Below are positions 1-4,462 of a stretch of DNA of 4,462 bases, one piece after another. The notes below the pieces were generated by a model. That model searched no databases. It was given only the letters and a program-made list of their open reading frames with translations, and was not told the origin of the DNA. Within the stretch, counting starts at the first letter, position 1; the number at the start of each line of letters is the position of its first letter. This stretch comes from a virus (taxonomy: Duplodnaviria > Heunggongvirae > Uroviricota > Caudoviricetes), in IMG/VR virus record IMGVR_UViG_2690316166_000022; one strand, 5' to 3'. Both the position numbers and the translations under genes were made by a program.

Positions 1-1
1 G

Positions 2-629
2 GCGAATTACCGTCTTATATCACTGGCGCTGACATCTCCGGATGACGGGGGCAGCTGTTATCTCTGGCTCAACCGTGGGCAATCGTCACAGGTTGCCCGG
101 GAAACCAGGGTGAGACGGAAACTGGTAAAGGAACGGTCCAGACTGAAACGGGCGACGGTCAGAAATCCGAATGNNNNNNNNNNNNNNNNNNNNNNNNNNN
201 NNNNNNNNNNNNNNNNNNNNNNNNNNNNNNNNNNNNNNNNNNNNNNNNNNNNNNNNNNNNNNNNNNNNNNNNNNNNNNNNNNNNNNNNNNNNNNNNNNNN
301 NNNNNNNNNNNNNNNNNNNNNNNNNNNNNNNNNNNNNNNNNNNNNNNNNNNNNNNNNNNNNNNNNNNNNNNNNNNNNNNNNNNNNNNNNNNNNNNNNNNN
401 NNNNNNNNNNNNNNNNNNNNNNNNNNNNNNNNNNNNNNNNNNNNNNNNNNNNNNNNNNNNNNNNNNNNNNNNNNNNNNNNNNNNNNNNNNNNNNNNNNNN
501 NNNNNNNNNNNNNNNNNNNNNNNNNNNNNNNNNNNNNNNNNNNNNNNNNNNNNNNNNNNNNNNNNNNNNNNNNNNNNNNNNNNNNNNNNNNNNNNNNNNN
601 NNNNNNNNNNNNNNNNNNNNNNNNNNNNN
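2..629 (+). CDS. Z: Tail completion protein Z-like, 5' partial; 3' end lies in masked sequence and the end coordinate is extrapolated
   Basis: The frame beginning at nt 2 is open from the window edge through 173 (57 codons, no stop). Translation: ANYRLISLALTSPDDGGSCYLWLNRGQSSQVARETRVRRKLVKERSRLKRATVRNPN. It is strongly basic (R/K-rich), and SQVARETRVRRKLVKERSRLKRATVRNP resembles lambda gpZ around residues 41-70 as I recall it (SQVARETKVRRKLVKERARLKRATVKNP). Its position upstream of a U-like island and of G/T/H fits lambda order FII-Z-U-V-G-T-H. The GTG at 110 that starts the ORF-track entry 110..700 is internal to this frame. End set near the inferred U start. Confidence 0.55.
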
Positions 630-1022
630 NNNNNNNNNNNNNNNNNNNNNNNNNNNNNNNNNNNNNNNNNNNNNNNNNNNNNNNNNGCGACGCTGTTTGA
701 TGGTCGCCCCGTTGTTTTTGACNNNNNNNNNNNNNNNNNNNNNNNNNNNNNNNNNNNNNNNNNNNNNNNNNNNNNNNNNNNNNNNNNNNNNNNNNNNNNN
801 NNNNNNNNNNNNNNNNNNNNNNNNNNNNNNNNNNNNNNNNNNNNNNNNNNNNNNNNNNNNNNNNNNNNNNNNNNNNNNNNNNNNNNNNNNNNNNNNNNNN
901 NNNNNNNNNNNNNNNNNNNNNNNNNNNNNNNNNNNNNNNNNNNNNNNNNNNNNNNNNNNNNNNNNNNNNNNNNNNNNNNNNNNNNNNNNNNNNNNNNNNN
1001 NNNNNNNNNNNNNNNNNNNNNN
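627..1022 (+). CDS. U: Tail terminator protein U-like; only 687..722 is visible, extents extrapolated assuming a lambda-like ~131 aa length
   Basis: The visible island 687..722, read as codons from 687, gives ATLFDGRPVVFD. This resembles lambda gpU residues ~21-32 (ATFFDGRPAVFD, from memory). The frame differs from the Z-like ORF, as expected for a separate downstream gene. Start and end are not observable. Confidence 0.35.
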
Positions 1023-2113
1023 NNNNNNNNNNNNNNNNNNNNNNNNNNNNNNNNNNNNNNNNNNNNNNNNNNNNNNNNNNNNNNNNNNNNNNNNNNNNNN
1101 NNNNNNNNNNNNNNNNNNNNNNNNNNNNNNNNNNNNNNNNNNNNNNNNNNNNNNNNNNNNNNNNNNNNNNNNNNNNNNNNNNNNNNNNNNNNNNNNNNNN
1201 NNNNNNNNNNNNNNNNNNNNNNNNNNNNNNNNNNNNNNNNNNNNNNNNNNNNNNNNNNNNNNNNNNNNNNNNNNNNNNNNNNNNNNNNNNNNNNNNNNNN
1301 NNNNNNNNNNNNNNNNNNNNNNNNNNNNNNNNNNNNNNNNNNNNNNNNNNNNNNNNNNNNNNNNNNNNNNNNNNNNNNNNNNNNNNNNNNNNNNNNNNNN
1401 NNNNNNNNNNNNNNNNNNNNNNNNNNNNNNNNNNNNNNNNNNNNNNNNNNNNNNNNNNNNNNNNNNNNNNNNNNNNNNNNNNNNNNNNNNNNNNNNNNNN
1501 NNNNNNNNNNNNNNNNNNNNNNNNNNNNNNNNNNNNNNNNNNNNNNNNNNNNNNNNNNNNNNNNNNNNNNNNNNNNNNNNNNNNNNNNNNNNNNNNNNNN
1601 NNNNNNNNNNNNNNNNNNNNNNNNNNNNNNNNNNNNNNNNNNNNNNNNNNNNNNNNNNNNNNNNNNNNNNNNNNNNNNNNNNNNNNNNNNNNNNNNNNNN
1701 NNNNNNNNNNNNNNNNNNNNNNNNNNNNNNNNNNNNNNNNNNNNNNNNNNNNNNNNNNNNNNNNNNNNNNNNNNNNNNNNNNNNNNNNNNNNNNNNNNNN
1801 NNNNNNNNNNNNNNNNNNNNNNNNNNNNNNNNNNNNNNNNNNNNNNNNNNNNNNNNNNNNNNNNNNNNNNNNNNNNNNNNNNNNNNNNNNNNNNNNNNNN
1901 NNNNNNNNNNNNNNNNNNNNNNNNNNNNNNNNNNNNNNNNNNNNNNNNNNNNNNNNNNNNNNNNNNNNNNNNNNNNNNNNNNNNNNNNNNNNNNNNNNNN
2001 NNNNNNNNNNNNNNNNNNNNNNNNNNNNNNNNNNNNNNNNNNNNNNNNNNNNNNNNNNNNNNNNNNNNNNNNNNNNNNNNNNNNNNNNNNNNNNNNNNNN
2101 NNNNNNNNNNNNN

Positions 2114-2118
2114 GGAGG
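2114..2118 (+). promoter_or_regulatory. Shine-Dalgarno sequence (GGAGG) for G
   Basis: GGAGG at 2114..2118, followed by a 6-nt spacer (TAATAC) and the ATG at 2125. Confidence 0.7.
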
Positions 2119-2124
2119 TAATAC

Positions 2125-2556
2125 ATGTTTCTGAAAACAGAACAATTTGAATATAACGGTGTGTCTGTCACGCTTTCCGAATTGTCTGCGCTGCAGCGTA
2201 TCGAGCATCTTGCCCTCCTGAAACGGCGTGCAGAACAGGCAGAATCCAGCGGCAACCTGCAGGTAAGCGTGGAAGATCTCGTCAGAACCGGCGCGTTTCT
2301 GGTGGCGATGTCCCTGTGGCATAACCATCCACAGAAAACGCAGTCACCGTCAATGAATGAGGCCGTGATGAAGATAGAGCAGGAAGTGCTCACCACCTGG
2401 CCTGCCGATGCCATTGCCCGGGCGGAAGACGTGGTGTTGTGCCTGTCCGGGATGATCGAAGCTGTTCGTCCGGATACTGATATTACTGAAGTGGCGAAAA
2501 ATAACACGCTGACTGATGATGATTTTTCTGCGGGAAAGTCTTCGACGGCGAGCTGA
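2125..2556 (+). CDS. G: Tail assembly chaperone G (lambda gpG family)
   Basis: ATG 2125 with a strong RBS; 143-aa ORF ending at TGA 2554..2556. The translation MFLKTEQFEYNGVSVTLSELSALQRIEHLALLKRRAEQAESSGNLQVSVEDLVRTGAFLVAMSLWHNHPQKTQSPSMNEAV... closely matches lambda gpG as I recall it (MFLKTESFEHNGVTVTLSELSALQRIEHLAL...GAFLVAMSLWHNHPQKTQ...). The conserved slippery heptamer sits 16 nt before the stop. Confidence 0.93.
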   Translation: MFLKTEQFEYNGVSVTLSELSALQRIEHLALLKRRAEQAESSGNLQVSVEDLVRTGAFLVAMSLWHNHPQKTQSPSMNEAVMKIEQEVLTTWPADAIARAEDVVLCLSGMIEAVRPDTDITEVAKNNTLTDDDFSAGKSSTAS

Positions 2557-2996
2557 ACTTTGCCCTCAGACTGGCGCGTGAGATGGGGAGACCCGACTGG
2601 CGCGCCATGCTTGCCGGGATGACATCCACCGAATATGCCGACTGGCGCCGTTTTTACCGCACGCATTATTTTCAGGATACCCAGCTGGATATGCATTTTT
2701 CCGGGCTGACGTACGCTGTACTCAGCCTGTTTTTTTGCGATCCGGATATGCATCCCTCTGATTTCAGTCTGCTTGTCCCCCGGCATGAGGAAGAGCAGGT
2801 GGAGAGGCCGGATGAGGACAAAATGCTGATGCAGAAAGCGGCAGGACTTGCCGGAGGCGTCCGGTTCGGTGGGGACGGAGGGCGCGATATTTTATCGTCT
2901 GCGGATGTGGCGGATGTCATGGTGGATGATGCCGCATTAATGATGGCTTCAGCGGGGATTCCGGGAGGTGTGAGATATGTCCCAGCCGGTTGGTGA
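2125..2996 (+). CDS. T: Tail assembly chaperone G-T fusion, made by a -1 frameshift at 2532..2538; T-specific part is ~2538..2996
   Basis: The -1 frame runs from the slippery site to TGA 2994..2996. The predicted junction is ...DDDFSAGK/VFDGELNFALRLAREMGRPDWRAMLAGMTSTEYADWRRFYRTHYFQDTQLDMHFSGLTYAVLSLFF..., matching lambda gpT as recalled (LNFALRLAREMGRPDWRAMLAGM...). The ATG at 2583 that starts the ORF-track entry has no convincing SD, and the frame is open upstream only as far as the heptamer, so T is unlikely to be translated on its own. Confidence 0.85.
2532..2538 (+). other. Programmed -1 ribosomal frameshift slippery heptamer G GGA AAG (G to G-T recoding site)
   Basis: In the G frame the codons are GGA (2533..2535) and AAG (2536..2538), preceded by G at 2532, giving the X XXY YYZ pattern G GGA AAG, identical to the lambda G/T slippery site. 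The -1 frame is closed by TGA at 2520..2522 and open from 2523 through to 2996. Confidence 0.85.
2963..2968 (+). promoter_or_regulatory. Shine-Dalgarno sequence (GGGAGG) for H, embedded in the 3' end of T
   Basis: GGGAGG at 2963..2968, 8 nt upstream of the ATG at 2977. An in-frame GTG at 2968 is followed immediately by TGA, so ATG 2977 is the start. Confidence 0.65.
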
Positions 2997-4462
2997 TCTT
3001 GTTATTGACCTGAGTCTGGATGCTGTCCGTTTCGATGAGCAGATGAGCCGGGTAAGGCGTCATTTTTCAGGTCTGGATACCGACGCCAGAAAAACCGCCA
3101 GTGCTGTTGAACAGGGCCTGAGCCGCCAGGCGCTGGCTGCACAAAAAGCCGGGATTTCCGTCGGGCAGTATAAAGCGGCCATGCGAACCCTGCCCGCACA
3201 GTTTACGGATATCGCCACGCAGCTTGCCGGTGGTCAGAATCCCTGGCTGATCCTGCTGCAACAGGGCGGTCAGGTGAAGGACTCCTTCGGCGGGATGATC
3301 CCCATGTTCAGGGGGCTTGCCGATGCGATCACCCTGCCGATGGTCGGGGTCACCTCGCTGGCGGTGGCGACAGGTGCACTGGTGTACGCCTGGTACCAGG
3401 NNNNNNNNNNNNNNNNNNNNNNNNNNNNNNNNNNNNNNNNNNNNNNNNNNNNNNNNNNNNNNNNNNNNNNNNNNNNNNNNNNNNNNNNNNNNNNNNNNNN
3501 NNNNNNNNNNNNNNNNNNNNNNNNNNNNNNNNNNNNNNNNNNNNNNNNNNNNNNNNNNNNNNNNNNNNNNNNNNNNNNNNNNNNNNNNNNNNNNNNNNNN
3601 NNNNNNNNNNNNNNNNNNNNNNNNNNNNNNNNNNNNNNNNNNNNNNNNNNNNNNNNNNNNNNNNNNNNNNNNNNNNNNNNNNNNNNNNNNNNNNNNNNNN
3701 NNNNNNNNNNNNNNNNNNNNNNNNNNNNNNNNNNNNNNNNNNNNNNNNNNNNNNNNNNNNNNNNNNNNNNNNNNNNNNNNNNNNNNNNNNNNNNNNNNNN
3801 NNNNNNNNNNNNNNNNNNNNNNNNNNNNNNNNNNNNNNNNNNNNNNNNNNNNNNNNNNNNNNNNNNNNNNNNNNNNNNNNNNNNNNNNNNNNNNNNNNNN
3901 NNNNNNNNNNNNNNNGAAAGAAAACATGGGNNNNNNNNNNNNNNNNNNNNNNNNNNNNNNNNNNNNNNNNNNNNNNNNNNNNNNNNNNNNNNNNNNNNNN
4001 NNNNNNNNNNNNNNNNNNNNNNNNNNNNNNNNNNNNNNNNNNNNNNNNNNNNNNNNNNNNNNNNNNNNNNNNNNNNNNNNNNNNNNNNNNNNNNNNNNNN
4101 NNNNNNNNNNNNNNNNNNNNNNNNNNNNNNNNNNNNNNNNNNNNNNNNNNNNNNNNNNNNNNNNNNNNNNNNNNNNNNNNNNNNNNNNNNNNNNNNNNNN
4201 NNNNNNNNNNNNNNNNNNNNNNNNNNNNNNNNNNNNNNNNNNNNNNNNNNNNNNNNNNNNNNNNNNNNNNNNNNNNNNNNNNNNNNNNNNNNNNNNNNNN
4301 NNNNNNNNNNNNNNNNNNNNNNNNNNNNNNNNNNNNNNNNNNNNNNNNNNNNNNNNNNNNNNNNNNNNNNNNNNNNNNNNNNNNNNNNNNNNNNNNNNNN
4401 NNNNNNNNNNNNNNNNNNNNNNNNNNNNNNNNNNNNNNNNNNAATCCTGCAGGCGGATTACA
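2977..4462 (+). CDS. H: Tail tape measure protein H (lambda gpH family), 3' partial; 3401..4442 masked apart from one 15-nt island
   Basis: ATG 2977 with RBS; 141 visible codons with no stop (2977..3399). Translation MSQPVGDLVIDLSLDAVRFDEQMSRVRRHFSG...QALAAQKAGISVGQYKAAMRTLPAQFTD...PWLILLQQGGQVKDSFGGMIPMFRGLADAITLPMVG... matches the lambda gpH N-terminus as recalled. The island at 4444..4461 reads ILQADY in the same frame as the 2977 start, matching a recalled lambda H motif (KILQADY), so the ORF appears continuous to the window end. The 15-nt island at 3916..3930 reads ERKHG in this frame with no stop. Confidence 0.88.
   Translation, partial: MSQPVGDLVIDLSLDAVRFDEQMSRVRRHFSGLDTDARKTASAVEQGLSRQALAAQKAGISVGQYKAAMRTLPAQFTDIATQLAGGQNPWLILLQQGGQVKDSFGGMIPMFRGLADAITLPMVGVTSLAVATGALVYAWYQXXXXXXXXXXXXXXXXXXXXXXXXXXXXXXXXXXXXXXXXXXXXXXXXXXXXXXXXXXXXXXXXXXXXXXXXXXXXXXXXXXXXXXXXXXXXXXXXXXXXXXXXXXXXXXXXXXXXXXXXXXXXXXXXXXXXXXXXXXXXXXXXXXXXXXXXXXXXXXXXXXXXXXXXXXXXERKHGXXXXXXXXXXXXXXXXXXXXXXXXXXXXXXXXXXXXXXXXXXXXXXXXXXXXXXXXXXXXXXXXXXXXXXXXXXXXXXXXXXXXXXXXXXXXXXXXXXXXXXXXXXXXXXXXXXXXXXXXXXXXXXXXXXXXXXXXXXXXXXXXXXXXXXXXXXXXXXXXXXXXXXXXXXXILQADY

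Noticed and set aside
74-173. Alternative frame beginning at nt 74, giving a Gly/Thr/Glu-rich peptide (QPWAIVTGCPGNQGETETGKGTVQTETGDGQ...)
   Set aside because: This is the expected off-frame reading of an AGA/CGG/AAA-rich basic coding region, with no start context; the frame from nt 2 is the coherent one.
171-2150. Long plus-strand ORFs spanning the masked block (171..2150, 697..2121)
   Set aside because: These are N-run artefacts. The only real signal in them is the U-like island at 687..722; 697..2121 starts at an ATG within that island and cannot be evaluated.
2298-2305. Chi-like octamer TCTGGTGG
   Set aside because: It differs from the E. coli Chi site (GCTGGTGG) at the first position, so it is not a canonical Chi.
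2567-2649. Three copies of GACTGGCGC(G/C) at 2569..2578, 2595..2604 and 2640..2649
   Set aside because: They lie inside the T coding sequence. Two encode D-W-R in frame and the third an overlapping L-A-R, so this is most simply codon-level coincidence in a GC-rich Arg/Trp-containing segment, not a regulatory repeat or iteron.
58-2786. Very long minus-strand ORFs in the track (58..2328, 159..2786)
   Set aside because: They exist only because N runs translate as X and contain no stops. Their visible parts are antisense to the well-supported Z-like, G and T frames.
2672-2920. 82-aa minus-strand ORF inside T
   Set aside because: Antisense to the T coding frame, with a low-complexity S/P-rich translation, no recognisable RBS and no similarity I recognise. 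Typical spurious antisense ORF.
2583-2996. T as an independently initiated ORF from ATG 2583
   Set aside because: There is no convincing SD upstream of 2583. The frame is open back to 2523 and links directly to the G slippery heptamer, so the frameshift fusion explains it better.
3002-3927. Minus-strand ORFs 3002..3199 and 3067..3927
   Set aside because: Both are antisense to the tape measure gene. The longer one is bridged by masked N, and its ATG is simply the reverse complement of CAT in the 3916..3930 island.
3916-3930. Island GAAAGAAAACATGGG reads KENMG in an alternative frame, resembling a lambda H segment I recall, which could hint at a frameshifted H
   Set aside because: Fifteen nucleotides is too short to assign a frame by similarity, and the recalled motif is unverified. 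In the H frame the island is open (ERKHG), and the downstream island at 4444..4461 is in frame with the H start, so there is no evidence of disruption.

Overview
About two thirds of this window is N-masked; only 1..173, 687..722, 2114..3400, 3916..3930 and 4443..4462 are readable (~1.5 kb). What is readable is a canonical lambdoid-phage tail morphogenesis block on the + strand, in lambda gene order: a basic Z-like tail completion ORF entering from the left edge, a short island matching the tail terminator U, a fully masked interval where the major tail protein (V) would sit, then the tail assembly chaperone G, its -1 frameshift product G-T (slippery heptamer GGGAAAG), and the first ~490 codons of the tape measure protein H running off the right edge. 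All protein assignments rest on my recollection of lambda protein sequences and gene coordinates, not on a database search. I see no evidence in the visible sequence for a novel defence or accessory system; this looks like ordinary (pro)phage late-operon structure. The two points worth a second look are an apparent FII-like motif fused in frame to Z-like sequence at the left edge, and a U-to-G interval about 340 bp longer than in lambda, which lies entirely in masked sequence. All minus-strand ORFs in the supplied track are antisense or N-run artefacts.
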